In this document: in pieces, positions 9,497 through 19,738 of the stretch | Numbering within the stretch: position 1 is the stretch's first letter | Layout of the letters: every line of letters begins with the position of its first letter | NCBI GenBank assembly: GCA_963727485.1 | Contig: CAVSGM010000003.1 | Location: forward strand, 96,001-160,000 | DNA from: an uncultured delta proteobacterium | Lineage (GTDB): Bacteria; Myxococcota; Myxococcia; SLRQ01 | Reading direction: 5' to 3' | DNA: 64,000 bases | Position numbers and translations under genes: made by a program | Notes under the pieces: model-generated | Databases searched by the model: none | Told to the model about the DNA's origin: nothing | What the model saw: only the letters and a program-made list of their open reading frames with translations

Positions 9497-11680
9497 ATGG
9501 ATCTCGACACCGAGCTCAAGCAGCACTTCGGCTTCGACGCCTTCCGCCCCGGCCAGCGGGGGATCGTCGAGGCGGTCCTCTCGGGGCGCGAGGTCCTGGC
9601 GGTGATGCCCACCGGCGCCGGCAAGAGCCTGTGCTACCAGCTCCCGGCGACGATGCTCGAGGGGGTCACGGTGGTGGTCAGCCCGCTCATCGCCCTGATG
9701 CAGGACCAGGTGCAGTCCCTGACCGAGCGGGGCATCGAGGCCTGCTTCATCAACTCCAGCCTCGGCGCCGACGCCCAGCGCCAGCGCATCGAGGACATGA
9801 TCGACGGGCGCTGGCGGCTGGTCTACGTGGCCCCCGAGCGCTTCCGCCACAAGGCCTTTGTCGAGGCGCTGGGCAAGGCCAACCTCGCCCTCTTCGCGGT
9901 GGACGAGGCCCACTGCATCAGCGAGTGGGGCCACGACTTCCGCCCGGACTACGCGCGCCTCGGCGAGGTCCGCGGCTGGCTCGATCCCCCGCGCATCGCC
10001 GCCTTCACCGCCACCGCCACCCCCGAGGTCCGAGAGGACATCCTCCGGCAGCTCGGGTTCAAAGAGCCCGATGTCGAGGTCCACGGCTTCGACCGGCCCA
10101 ACCTCTGGTTCGGCGCCGAGCACCTCCGGGGGCTCAAGGAGAAGGCGGCCCGGGTCGAGGCGCACCTCGGCGCCATGCGCGAGGCCCACGGGGACGACGC
10201 CTCGGCCATCGTCTACTGCGCCACCCGGCGCCACGTGGAGAGCGTCGCCGAGCAGCTCACCGCCTCAGGCGAGCGGTGCCTCGCCTACCACGGGGGCATG
10301 GGCGCCGAGGCCCGCCGCAAGGTCCAGGAGACCTTCATGGGCGAGGGCGGGTGGACGGTGGCCGCCACCAACGCGTTTGGCATGGGCGTGGACAAGGCCG
10401 ACATCCGCCTGGTCCTCCACCACGACCTCCCCGGGACCCCCGAGGCCTACTACCAGGAGGCCGGGCGCGCCGGGCGCGACGGCGAGCCGGCGCGGGCGGT
10501 GCTCCTGTGGAGCAGCGGGGACCTGCGGCTCCACGAGCTGCTCATCGACGGCTCCACCCCGCCGCCGGAGGCGGTGACCCGGGTGTGGGACCGGCTCCGG
10601 GGGCGGCCCGGGGCGGTGCTCGCGGGGACCCTCAAGGAGCTCGCCGGCCGGGTGGGGCTCAACCAGGTGCCGGTGGAGTCGGCGCTCCGGCTCCTCGCCC
10701 GGGCGGGGCACCTGGCCACCGAGGACCTCGACGACGGGCGCGTGCGCATCCGCATGCGCACCCCCGAGGCCACCGTCGACGACCTCGACATCGACCTCGA
10801 GGCCCTCGGGCGCCAGGGGACGCTGGCCCGGGCGCGCCTGCGCCGGGTGGCCGACTACGCGGGCCGCGAGCTGTGCCGCCGGCGCACCCTCCTCGACTAC
10901 TTCGGCGACCCCGACGCCCCCGAGGACGGGGCGCTGTGCGACGGCTGCGACGTCTGCGACCGCGCCCGCATCCGGGGCACCGACGCCGCCGCCCTCGACG
11001 ACGACCTCGCCCGCACCCGGGCGGTGGGCGCCCTGTCCCTGGTGGCCGCCTTCGACGGCCGCTTCGGCCGGAGCAAGCTCGCCCTGGCGCTGGCCGGCAG
11101 CCGGGCCCAGTCGCTCGCCCGCACCTCGCTCGACGGCCACCCGGCCTTCGCCCTCCTCCAGGAGGCCGGGCAGGACACCGCGCGGACCCTCCTCGACCGG
11201 ATGGTCGCCGGGGGCTTCCTCGAGGTCATCGGTGACGAGTACCCGGTGATCCGCCTCGGCGACCGGGGCCGTGCGGTCCTCGGGGGCCGGGAGGCGCTGC
11301 CCACCGAGGTGCTGCTGGCCGCGGCCCCGCCGCCGTCGCTGTCGGTGGGGTGGGGCGCCAGCGCGGGGCGCGGCGGCGGCGCGCGCGCCGGGTCGGGCGG
11401 CGGCGGATCGCGCAGCGCCCGGACCCGCGCCGCCGACGACCCCGACCTCGCCCCGCGCGACGCGGCCGAGGCCGAGCTCGCCGACGCCCTGCGCACCCTG
11501 CGCACCCGGCTGGCCAAGGCCGCCGGTGTCCCGCCCTACGTGGTCTTCGCGGACAAGGACCTCTTTGCCCTCGTCCGCGCCCGGCCCACCGATGAAGCGA
11601 GCTTCCTCGCGGTCAAGGGCATGGGCCCCGGGCGCTACGAGAAGTGGGGCGCCGAGATCCTCGCGGTGTTCGCGGACTGA
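9497..11680 (+). CDS. recQ: ATP-dependent DNA helicase RecQ with Zn-binding, RQC and HRDC domains
   Basis: MPTGAGKSLCYQLP, VDEAHCISEWGHDFRP, YYQEAGRAGRDG, CRR..CDGCDVC, C-terminal VPPYVVF HRDC. Confidence 0.95.
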   Translation: MDLDTELKQHFGFDAFRPGQRGIVEAVLSGREVLAVMPTGAGKSLCYQLPATMLEGVTVVVSPLIALMQDQVQSLTERGIEACFINSSLGADAQRQRIEDMIDGRWRLVYVAPERFRHKAFVEALGKANLALFAVDEAHCISEWGHDFRPDYARLGEVRGWLDPPRIAAFTATATPEVREDILRQLGFKEPDVEVHGFDRPNLWFGAEHLRGLKEKAARVEAHLGAMREAHGDDASAIVYCATRRHVESVAEQLTASGERCLAYHGGMGAEARRKVQETFMGEGGWTVAATNAFGMGVDKADIRLVLHHDLPGTPEAYYQEAGRAGRDGEPARAVLLWSSGDLRLHELLIDGSTPPPEAVTRVWDRLRGRPGAVLAGTLKELAGRVGLNQVPVESALRLLARAGHLATEDLDDGRVRIRMRTPEATVDDLDIDLEALGRQGTLARARLRRVADYAGRELCRRRTLLDYFGDPDAPEDGALCDGCDVCDRARIRGTDAAALDDDLARTRAVGALSLVAAFDGRFGRSKLALALAGSRAQSLARTSLDGHPAFALLQEAGQDTARTLLDRMVAGGFLEVIGDEYPVIRLGDRGRAVLGGREALPTEVLLAAAPPPSLSVGWGASAGRGGGARAGSGGGGSRSARTRAADDPDLAPRDAAEAELADALRTLRTRLAKAAGVPPYVVFADKDLFALVRARPTDEASFLAVKGMGPGRYEKWGAEILAVFAD

Positions 11681-11712
11681 GCACGTCGCCAGACCGCGAT
11701 GCGCGCCGGCGG

Positions 11713-12102
11713 CTACAGCGCCTTCACCCGCTCCCGCATGTGGGCGATCACCTCCGAGTGCTCACGCTGCGGGCTGAACATGATGAGCTCGGCGTCCGAG
11801 GTCACCTTCACGTTGTGCCCGGGGGGCCAGTAGAACAGGTCGTTCCCCCTGACCGTCTCCGTCTTCCCCCCCGCGTCCGTGGCGACCAGCTCCCTCCGGA
11901 CGACGAAGCCCCAGTGCGGACACTGGCAGAGGTCGCCCTCGAGCCCCTCGAACAGGGGCGTGGTGTCGACGCCGGCGGCGAGCGAGAAGTACTCGCCGCC
12001 GATCCGGCCCAGTCCGGTCGCGTCGCCGAAGTCCGTGTGCTGCCGGATCACGGCGCCCGGAATCTCCATCTGCACCTCGACGTCGCTTTTGGCTACGTGC
12101 AT
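11713..12102 (-). CDS. cupin-fold protein
   Basis: CQCPHWG and FYWPPGHN cupin motifs; ATG at 12102 with a GGGGGA RBS. Confidence 0.75.
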   Translation of the reverse strand: MHVAKSDVEVQMEIPGAVIRQHTDFGDATGLGRIGGEYFSLAAGVDTTPLFEGLEGDLCQCPHWGFVVRRELVATDAGGKTETVRGNDLFYWPPGHNVKVTSDAELIMFSPQREHSEVIAHMRERVKAL

Positions 12103-12279
12103 CGGACTACATCCCCCGTGGAGGGGCGGGAGTTCACCCCGCCCGTTGCGAAGGCCGAAGGATTCGGCCGGTCCCGACGTGGGCAGGTGCGCTCGAGGGG
12201 CAACGGACGGTTGACCCCCCACAGCCAGCGGCTTAGCCCAGGTAGACGGGCGGGGACCGGTGGATGCGCACCGCCTCGC

Positions 12280-13143
12280 TCACGGGGTGAACTGCACGCC
12301 GCTGTAGAGCGACTCCTGGTACGGCATCGCCGAGATGGCAAAGGGTGCCTGGGGGTCCTGGCCCGGCGACTGCATCGCGATGACGGTGGCGTAGCAGGTC
12401 TTCCCTGCGTGGAGGATCCCTGGCGGCACCGGGAAGGTGGTGGAGGGCGTGTACGCCTCGAGCACCATGCCGGTGCTCGACTCGTAGAGGGAGACCAGGT
12501 ACTCGTCCGGCGTACCGAGGGCCGGCGCCGTCCAGGAGAGCTCGGGGGTGGTGGTCGCGCCGCTGACCGCGTTCAAGGCGTCGACGCCGTTGACCTGCAG
12601 GTCGCGGATGGGCCCGAGGCCGGGGGTGACGGGGGCGCTGAAGAGGTCGGCTTGCGACCCGCTGCGGGTGACCCCGAGGATGAGATTGCCACCCTGACCA
12701 TTGCTGCCGGTCACCTGGAGGTTGGTGCCGGCCTCGACATACCCCAGCAGGTCGTAGGCGCCCCCGAAGGCATCCTCGTAGGCGAGCGCGTCGAGGGAGA
12801 TGGAACCGGTGCCGTCCGGAGCCTTCGCCTGGAGGACGGCGCCACCGAGTGCAGCGAAGCCGAAGGGTGGCGGCGCCAGGACCGGGGCGAGAATCGCCGA
12901 GGGGCTGGTGGACGTCAGCGGCGTCGCGCCCGCCGGGGCGCCGTCGAGCAGCGCGCTGGCGAAGGCATCGCGATCGACGGTCACCGACAGGGTCCCGGCG
13001 GCGCTGGCGCCCAGCGGGGACAGGGCCACCTGGAGCTGGTCGGCCTGCCCGTCGACCATGGTGAGGTTGGGAACCGGAGCGGCGGCCACGGGGCTGGTGA
13101 CCTTGGCGCCGTCGCTCCGGGCGACGGTCCGGACCTGCACCAC
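12280..13143 (-). pseudogene. N-terminally truncated paralog of the C-terminal half of the upstream lipoprotein (orphan module or remnant)
   Basis: Collinear similarity to 13232..15160 (VALSPLGA/VAMSALGA, LAYEDAF/LSYEDPY, TPELSWTAP/TPQITWTPP, VPPGILHAG/IPQGILAPG); no signal peptide; in-frame stop near 13255. Confidence 0.55.
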
Positions 13144-13231
13144 TTCGCCGCCGGCGAATGAGGGGCCGGCCGGGACCCGTGCCTCCTTGCCTGACGTCGC
13201 ACCGTCTACCGGCCCCGTCGTCGCCCCAGCC

Positions 13232-15160
13232 CTACGGCTGGATCGGCGGGAAGTTCACCCCGCTGCGGTAGAGCTCGAGGCCCACCGGCGAGCGCAGGTG
13301 GCTGGGGTCCGCACCGGCGCCCCCGTAGGCATCGACGGTCACGCTGTAGTAGGTCCCCGGCGCCAGGATCCCCTGGGGGATCCGCATCTCCGGATCCTGG
13401 GTGTAGAGCCAGGCGAGGATGTTGAGGGGGGCGTCCTTCGTGGCGATCGACACCGCGTAGTAGGCAGGGGTGGCGCCGGTGGTGGGCGGCGTCCAGGTGA
13501 TCTGCGGGGTCACGCCCACGGAGGTGAGGACCGCGCCGGTCTGCTGTCCGTTGACCCGGATGTTCGCGACCGCGCCGATCTTGGGGATGATGGCGGCGGT
13601 GCCGGCCTCGGCCAGCGACAGGGTCCCCTGGTAGGACACGTGGGTGTAGTAGTTGAACAACGGCGTGGTGCCGGGCTGGTAGTTCGCCCGGGTGTAGGTG
13701 AAGCTGCACCAGAAGCGCCGGTGCCAGCCGGCCGGGTAGGGGTCCTCGTAGCTCAGGTTCCCGAAGTCCAGGTTGGGGGTGGTGTCGCCGATGGAGGCGG
13801 ACCACACCATCGCCGGGTGGGCCACGAAGGGCGAGGCCATCGGGTCGGCCTGGATGGTCACCGAGCCCTGCCACTCGTGGAGGCTGTCGGGGTCGGAGGG
13901 CGCCGGGACCGTGTCGAACCAGGCCTGGAGCCCGGTGCCATCGATGGACAGGGGCAGGGAGTGGGCGTGGGGCGCGCCCAGGGCCGACATGGCCACCGAG
14001 GTGGTGGTGCTGCTGCCGCTGGCCAGGGCGACCGAGCTCACCGTCCCGGTGCTGGCCATCTGGTAGTCGTAGCGGTTCGTCCCGCGAACCCCGTGGACCT
14101 GGACCAGCCTTGCGGTGTCCGAGCTGGTGAGCAGCGGCTGGTTCTTGAAGTTGAAGGTGGCGTCGCAGCTGGTGGCACCAGAGGTGCTGGGGCCGGTGCC
14201 ACTGTAGAGCTTGGTGATCCCCAGGGTGGGCGCCATGAGGCCGATCCCATCCAGGTTCTGGGTCCACGCCGCCAGCCCGGTGACGTGGGCCACCAGCTGG
14301 GTGTTGTTGGCGCCGGTGGCCAACCCGGGCCGCACCTCGGTGAAGGTGGTGAGGTCCAGGGTGGCGTCGTGGCTGGAGAAGGTGAGGTTGTCGGGGGGCA
14401 GGGTGTAGCGGAGGGTGTAGCTCGGCGACGGCGGCACCCCGGTGGCCCGGATCACGCCCTGGAGGTCCCCGGTGGCGGGGTAGAGGTCGAGGCCGTGGGT
14501 GGCGTTGGGGACGTAGGCGGCCACCATCGCCGAACGGAGGTCGGTGGCCACCGGCGTCCCGCCGCTGGGCGTGTCGTGGATCGTCGCCACCAGCCCGTAG
14601 ACGGTGACGGTGTCGTGGCCGTCGGTGGTCGCGACGAAGCCCGAGCCCAGGCGCACCACCCCGAAGCGCACCTGGCCGCCGGCGACGGTGGCGCCGAGGC
14701 GCTCGAAGCCGGTGCCGGCCGGGTCGGACCAGTAGGCGGCGGCGGTGCCGGCGTCGCCGACCAGGGGCAGGGAGACGGTCACCGGCCGGGTGATCGCCGT
14801 GGCCGCCGGGCCCAGCTGCCAGGTGCGCGCCGTCGAGGTGAACCCGCTCGGCGGCGCGTCCAGGGTGTGGGTCAGGGTGATCTGGGTGTCGGCGGCGAGC
14901 GCCCCCACCGGGAAGGTCACCGTGGCGCCGTCGAGGGTGATCGTGCCCCCGTCGAAGCCGATGGTCTGGGTGGCCTGGGTCTGGGTGGGCCCGGTGCCCC
15001 CGTCGCCCGCGCCGCCGTCGGTGCCGCCGGTGCTCCCGCCATCGGTGCTCCCGCCATCGGTGGTGCCACCGCCATCCGGGTGCCCGCCGGCGGGGCTGGA
15101 GCCGCACGCGGCGGCGAAAAGGGCGATACCGAGGATCACGAGCCAGGGCTTCAGGCGCAT
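13232..15160 (-). CDS. large surface lipoprotein (DGG linker, ZU5-like domain, beta-sandwich/FN3-like C-terminus)
   Basis: GGAG RBS; MRLKPWLVILGIALFAAA-C lipobox; TDGG repeats; TIGFDGGTITLDGATVTFPVGAL ZU5-like start. Confidence 0.75.
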   Translation of the reverse strand: MRLKPWLVILGIALFAAACGSSPAGGHPDGGGTTDGGSTDGGSTGGTDGGAGDGGTGPTQTQATQTIGFDGGTITLDGATVTFPVGALAADTQITLTHTLDAPPSGFTSTARTWQLGPAATAITRPVTVSLPLVGDAGTAAAYWSDPAGTGFERLGATVAGGQVRFGVVRLGSGFVATTDGHDTVTVYGLVATIHDTPSGGTPVATDLRSAMVAAYVPNATHGLDLYPATGDLQGVIRATGVPPSPSYTLRYTLPPDNLTFSSHDATLDLTTFTEVRPGLATGANNTQLVAHVTGLAAWTQNLDGIGLMAPTLGITKLYSGTGPSTSGATSCDATFNFKNQPLLTSSDTARLVQVHGVRGTNRYDYQMASTGTVSSVALASGSSTTTSVAMSALGAPHAHSLPLSIDGTGLQAWFDTVPAPSDPDSLHEWQGSVTIQADPMASPFVAHPAMVWSASIGDTTPNLDFGNLSYEDPYPAGWHRRFWCSFTYTRANYQPGTTPLFNYYTHVSYQGTLSLAEAGTAAIIPKIGAVANIRVNGQQTGAVLTSVGVTPQITWTPPTTGATPAYYAVSIATKDAPLNILAWLYTQDPEMRIPQGILAPGTYYSVTVDAYGGAGADPSHLRSPVGLELYRSGVNFPPIQP

Positions 15161-15359
15161 CTTGCGTCTCCGGGGGTCGTCGGCGGGGCCAAGGGACGAC
15201 GTCGCCGGGTCCCGCCGGTGGCGCACCTCCGCCGACCGACCGTCCCCGACCTCCGCGCCTCCCGCGTGGGTGGACGCCGGCCACCTCAGCCGGCACAGAC
15301 CGAAGCGTGCCAGCCCGCGCCAACCGCGGTCAATACGACTCCCCCGGTCTGGGGAGGCG

Positions 15360-18300
15360 CTAGGAGCCCAGGCTCGCCAGCAGCTTCCTGGCCTCGCGCG
15401 CGTGGTGCCCGCGGGGCGCCAGCTTCAGGTACGCCTCCAGGGCGGCCTTGGCGTCGGCGGCGTCCTTGAGGTCCGCGAGCACCTGTCCCAGGGCGAAGCG
15501 CGCCGAGGCCCGGCCCGGGTCGAGCTGGACCGCCTTCTCGAGATGCGCCCGGGCGACGGCGGTCTTCCCCTCGGCGACGAGGATCTGGGCCACCAGCTCC
15601 CGGTTCTCGGCGGTGTCCTCGGTCTTCACCGCCCGCCAGGCGGCGGACTGGGCCTTCGCCAGCGCCGGCTTCCGGGGGACGGTCTGCCACGCCTGGGCCA
15701 CGTCGCGCCAGGCGCCGGCGGCGTCGTGGGTCCGCCCCGCGTGGGCCAGGCGGTAGGCGGCGGTCTGGAGCGTGGGCACCGCCTTGCGATCCTTGAGGAT
15801 CATCAGCGCCCGGCCGTAGGCCCACTCGCCCCGGGCGTGGCCGTGGTCCTGGTCGAGGGCCTCCTTGGCGTACTTCTCGGCGCGCTTGGCGTTCCCCCGG
15901 CTCGGCCGCCCGAGGTAGGCCATGGCGAGGTCGGCGAGGACGTCGGCGTCGTCGGGGGCCAGGCGCTGGGCCCGCAGGAGCGCCCGCACCGCGCCCCGGC
16001 TGTGGCCCAAGGCCAGGAGCACGTCCCCGAGGACCTGCTCGTTCTTGGCGTCCGAGCGGTCGAGGTGCCGGGCCTTGAGGGCGTGCTTCTCGGCGTCGTC
16101 GAGCTTCCCCTGGGCCAAAAGCGCCCGGGCGAGACCCCGGTGGGCGCTCGCGTCCCGGGGGTGGTCGGCGAGGACCTTGTGGAACGCGTCGGCGGCGGGG
16201 TCGGCCTCCGACCGGGCCAGGTGCGCCTGCCCCAGCCCCACCAGCCCCTCGGCGTAGTAGCCGTCGAGGGCCACCGCCTTCCCCAGGTCCTTGAGGGCGA
16301 GGTCCGAGCGGCCCCGGGCGAGCTCGGCGAGGCCGAGGTCGGCAAGCGCCCGGTAGTCCTTCGAGTCGTAGGAGAGCGCCCGGGCGAGGTCCCGGCGACC
16401 GTGGCGGTCATCCTTGCTCGCCAGGGCCACCCGCCCCAGCGCCCACCACACCAGGGGGTCGTGGCGGCGCACCCGGGCGGCCTTGTTGAGCACCGCCTGG
16501 GCCCGGGCGGGATCCCCGGCGCCGGCGTCGGTGAGGGCCAGGTAGATCGCCGCCTCGGCGGGCATCTTCCCGTCCTTGGTCTTGGTGGCGTCGAGGGCCC
16601 GGCGGGCGCCCCGCCAGTCCCCGGCGAAGTAGTCGGCCATGCCCCGGAGCAGCGCCGTCTGCTCGTCGGGGTGGCGCACCGCGGCCAGGCGCGTCCCCGC
16701 GTCGTGGTAGCGGCTCCAGGCGAGGAGGATGCGCCCCTCGAGCAGGTGGAGCTTCCCGTCGTGGGGGGCGCGCTCGAGCGCCGCGTCCACCGCCGTGAGG
16801 GCCCCGGGCAGCTCGAAGTGCGCGAAGTGGATCCGCGCCAGGGTCGCGGCGATCTCCGGGCGGTCGGGCTGGGCCGCCATCGCCTGCTTGAGCCGCGCCA
16901 CCGCCTGGTCGTGCTGGCCCTTCTTCTCCAGGAGCCTTCCTGCGAGGACCGCCAGCTTCGCCCGGGTGTCGGGGACCAGGTGGGCCTTCTGCTCGGTGCC
17001 CACCAGCTTGACGATCCCCAGCGCCCCGTCGAGGTCGCGGCCGAGCTCGAGCTTGGCCTCGGCGGCGGCGAGCTGGGCCCGGACGTGGTCGGGGACCATC
17101 TCCCGGACCTTGTCGAAGTACCCGGAGAGCGCCTGGTCCCACTGGCCCTGGCCGGCGAGGTAGTCGCCCACCGCCATCAGGGTGCGCACCAGCACCGTGT
17201 TGTGGTCGAGGGCCGCCTGGAAGCGCTCGGTGGCGGCCTTGGCCTTCCCCTGGTCGAGGAGGGTGAGCCCGGCGAGGTACTGGAGCAGGCCGCTGTCCTT
17301 GCGCCTGGCCACCGCCGCGAGGATGTCGGCGCCCACCTGCTTGCGGGCGTCGCCGGCGGTCAGGTGGTAGCGGGCGTCGAGGACGGCGTCGGGGTCGGCG
17401 GCGACCACCTTGGGGTCCTCGAGGAGCGCCTCGGCCTCGGCCCGGTGCTTGGGATCGTGGTCGAGGTCCGCGTAGAGCAGGGCGTCGGCCTCGGCCTCGA
17501 GGGCCTTGGCCTCGGCGTTGTTCGAGTCGAGGTCGAGGACCCGGCCCAGGGCCCCGAGGGCCGCGGTGTAGCTGGCGTCGGTGTCCCGGGCGATGCCGTT
17601 GCGCGCGGCGATGAGGCCCTGCTTCACCGCGTCCTTGCGGTTGGCCCGCCGGGCGTAGACCAGGGCCACCCCGGCGGTCCCCAGCGCCAGCACCACCGCC
17701 CCGCCGATGGCGAGGAGCTTGCCGTGGCGCTGGAGGAAGGTGCGCGGCGGCGCGCCCCCGGGCATCATCTTCTCCCGGAGCTCGCGCTCGTAGCGGGCGG
17801 CGATGACCTGGGCGGTCTCCTCGCCGGCGGGCGCCACCACCACCTTGGGCTCGGCGCGGGTGGGGGCCGCCTGGGGATCCGGGGGCAGCTCGAGGCCGAA
17901 GAGCTCGGTGGCCGGCTTCGGGGGGGCGCCCTTCCGGGGCATGGGCGGGGGCACCGGGGGCGGCCCGCTCATGATGGTGGGGTCGTTGGGGCCCGGGCCC
18001 CCGGGCTCCACCCCCCGGCGCCGGGGGGCGGACGGGGGCGGGGCCGGGACGTCGGGGATCGGCGCGTCGGGATCCCAGGGGTCGGCCCCGGGCGCCAGGG
18101 CCTCGGACTGCGCCAGGGCGGCGTGGAGGTCGGAGCCGGCGGCGCCGAGGGCGTCGAAGGTGGCGGTCATCCCCGGGAGGACCGCCTCGTCGTCGGTGCC
18201 CCCGCCGGCGGCGGCGAAGGGATCGGCGAGGGGCGCGCCCCCGGGCTCGGCGGCGGCGGCCCAGTCGGTGGCGGGGTCGGCGGCCAGCGGCGGGGCGTTG

Positions 18301-19043
18301 CCGTCGATGGGGGCGTCGTCGAGGGCCGCGGTGGGGGCGGTGTCGTCGCTCTGGGGCAGGGCGGCGATGGCGAGCTGGGTCGGGGCGTCCGGGTCCGAGG
18401 GGCCGGTGGAGGCGGCGGCGACCTGGTCGAAGGCGGCGTCGAGGGCCGACTCCACGGTGGACGCGCCGGGATCCGCAGCGGCCAGGGCGCCGTCCGGGGA
18501 CGGGCCGGCGTCCGGGGGATCGCCGAAGGCGAAGCCCGCGCCGGGGGCGGCCGGGGGCAGGGGCAGGTCGCCGCCATCGGGCTCGGCGCCGAGGGCCGGG
18601 CGGACCACGGTGGGCTCCGCCTCGTTCTCCTGGGTCTCCCCGCCGGTGGCGCGCTCTGCCTGGTCGAGCCACCCGCGGACCCGGGCGTCGCCGGGCTGGA
18701 GGCTCACCGCCCGCCGGAGGATGGGCAGGGCCGAGCGGTAGAGCTGCTGCTTGAGCAGCACCTCGCCGATGAGGTTGTAGGCGTAGGGGTTGTCCGGGTC
18801 GAGGGCGACGGCCTCGTCGAACTGGTCGAGGGCCGAGCCGGGATCGCCGAGGCCGATGAGCGCCCGTCCCCAGAGGACGTGGCCCACGATGGACTCGGGG
18901 TGGTGGTCGAGCCCCTGCCGGCAGGTCTCGATGGCCTCCTGGAAGGCGCCCTCGTCGAGCAGCGCCCGGGCGAGCTCCACGAACACCATGGAGCCCGGGT
19001 CGGCCTGGAGGATGAGACGATACTTCTCGATCTTCTTCGCCAT
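15360..19043 (-). CDS. large single-pass membrane TPR protein
   Basis: N-terminal TPRs, acidic Pro/Ala linker, TM segment LLAIGGAVVLALGTAGVALVY, then many TPR-like helices. Confidence 0.8.
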   Translation of the reverse strand: MAKKIEKYRLILQADPGSMVFVELARALLDEGAFQEAIETCRQGLDHHPESIVGHVLWGRALIGLGDPGSALDQFDEAVALDPDNPYAYNLIGEVLLKQQLYRSALPILRRAVSLQPGDARVRGWLDQAERATGGETQENEAEPTVVRPALGAEPDGGDLPLPPAAPGAGFAFGDPPDAGPSPDGALAAADPGASTVESALDAAFDQVAAASTGPSDPDAPTQLAIAALPQSDDTAPTAALDDAPIDGNAPPLAADPATDWAAAAEPGGAPLADPFAAAGGGTDDEAVLPGMTATFDALGAAGSDLHAALAQSEALAPGADPWDPDAPIPDVPAPPPSAPRRRGVEPGGPGPNDPTIMSGPPPVPPPMPRKGAPPKPATELFGLELPPDPQAAPTRAEPKVVVAPAGEETAQVIAARYERELREKMMPGGAPPRTFLQRHGKLLAIGGAVVLALGTAGVALVYARRANRKDAVKQGLIAARNGIARDTDASYTAALGALGRVLDLDSNNAEAKALEAEADALLYADLDHDPKHRAEAEALLEDPKVVAADPDAVLDARYHLTAGDARKQVGADILAAVARRKDSGLLQYLAGLTLLDQGKAKAATERFQAALDHNTVLVRTLMAVGDYLAGQGQWDQALSGYFDKVREMVPDHVRAQLAAAEAKLELGRDLDGALGIVKLVGTEQKAHLVPDTRAKLAVLAGRLLEKKGQHDQAVARLKQAMAAQPDRPEIAATLARIHFAHFELPGALTAVDAALERAPHDGKLHLLEGRILLAWSRYHDAGTRLAAVRHPDEQTALLRGMADYFAGDWRGARRALDATKTKDGKMPAEAAIYLALTDAGAGDPARAQAVLNKAARVRRHDPLVWWALGRVALASKDDRHGRRDLARALSYDSKDYRALADLGLAELARGRSDLALKDLGKAVALDGYYAEGLVGLGQAHLARSEADPAADAFHKVLADHPRDASAHRGLARALLAQGKLDDAEKHALKARHLDRSDAKNEQVLGDVLLALGHSRGAVRALLRAQRLAPDDADVLADLAMAYLGRPSRGNAKRAEKYAKEALDQDHGHARGEWAYGRALMILKDRKAVPTLQTAAYRLAHAGRTHDAAGAWRDVAQAWQTVPRKPALAKAQSAAWRAVKTEDTAENRELVAQILVAEGKTAVARAHLEKAVQLDPGRASARFALGQVLADLKDAADAKAALEAYLKLAPRGHHAREARKLLASLGS

Positions 19044-19276
19044 GACACCCGGGGGCTGGGCCGCTCGGTGCGGCCAGAAATCGGGATGCTAGCACGGGGT
19101 CTTGACCGGCTCCAAGGCGTGTCGGACCCTCGTGGTAGAAGGGCGGCCGAAGTGCTACCGTGCCTCTCTTCACAGGGGTGCGATCACCCCCCGCCCTTCC
19201 ACGGCCAGCGGCGGGGCGGCATCGGGACGGCCGTCACCGGGCGAGTGCCCGGCACGATACGCAAAGAGGAGCGACC

Positions 19277-19738
19277 ATGGCAGGGAGCGTGAACAAGGCC
19301 ATCGTCATCGGGAACCTCGGGCGAGACCCCGAGGTCCGCTACACCCCCGGTGGCCAGGCCGTCTGCAACTTCACCGTCGCCACCAACGAGCAGTGGAAGG
19401 ACAAGAGCGGCGAGAAGCAGGAGCGCACCGAGTGGCACCGCATCGTCGTCTGGGGACGGCAGGCGGAGCTGTGCGGCGAGTACCTCGCCAAGGGGCGCAC
19501 CGTCTACGTCGAGGGTCGGCTCCAGACCCGCGAGTGGACCAACCGTGAGGGTCAGAAGCAGTACACCACCGAGATCGTCGCCCAGGCGGTCCAGTTCCTC
19601 GACAAGGCCGGCGGTGGCGGTGGCGGCGGGAGCCGGGGCGGCGGCGGCGGCGGTGGTGGCGGCGGTGGGCGCGACGACTTCGGGCCGCCCCCTCCGGGCT
19701 TCGACGACCAGGGCGGTAACGACGACATCCCCTTCTAG
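19277..19738 (+). CDS. ssb: single-stranded DNA-binding protein
   Basis: [19 protein letters not shown], Gly-rich linker, C-terminal DDIPF; GAGGAG RBS. Confidence 0.97.
   Translation: MAGSVNKAIVIGNLGRDPEVRYTPGGQAVCNFTVATNEQWKDKSGEKQERTEWHRIVVWGRQAELCGEYLAKGRTVYVEGRLQTREWTNREGQKQYTTEIVAQAVQFLDKAGGGGGGGSRGGGGGGGGGGGRDDFGPPPPGFDDQGGNDDIPF

Noticed and set aside
12280..15160. Diversity-generating retroelement explaining the duplicated C-terminus
   Set aside because: No reverse transcriptase nearby; the copies differ throughout rather than only at adenines
15295..15312. Sigma54 promoter for the large lipoprotein (TGGCACG on the minus strand)
   Set aside because: The -12 position reads TC rather than GC
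14745..19292. Very long antisense or alternate-frame ORFs (e.g. 14745..19292, 27704..31033, 30428..33493, 39812..42736)
   Set aside because: Stop-poor shadows expected at this GC content, opposite or overlapping well-supported genes, with no motifs
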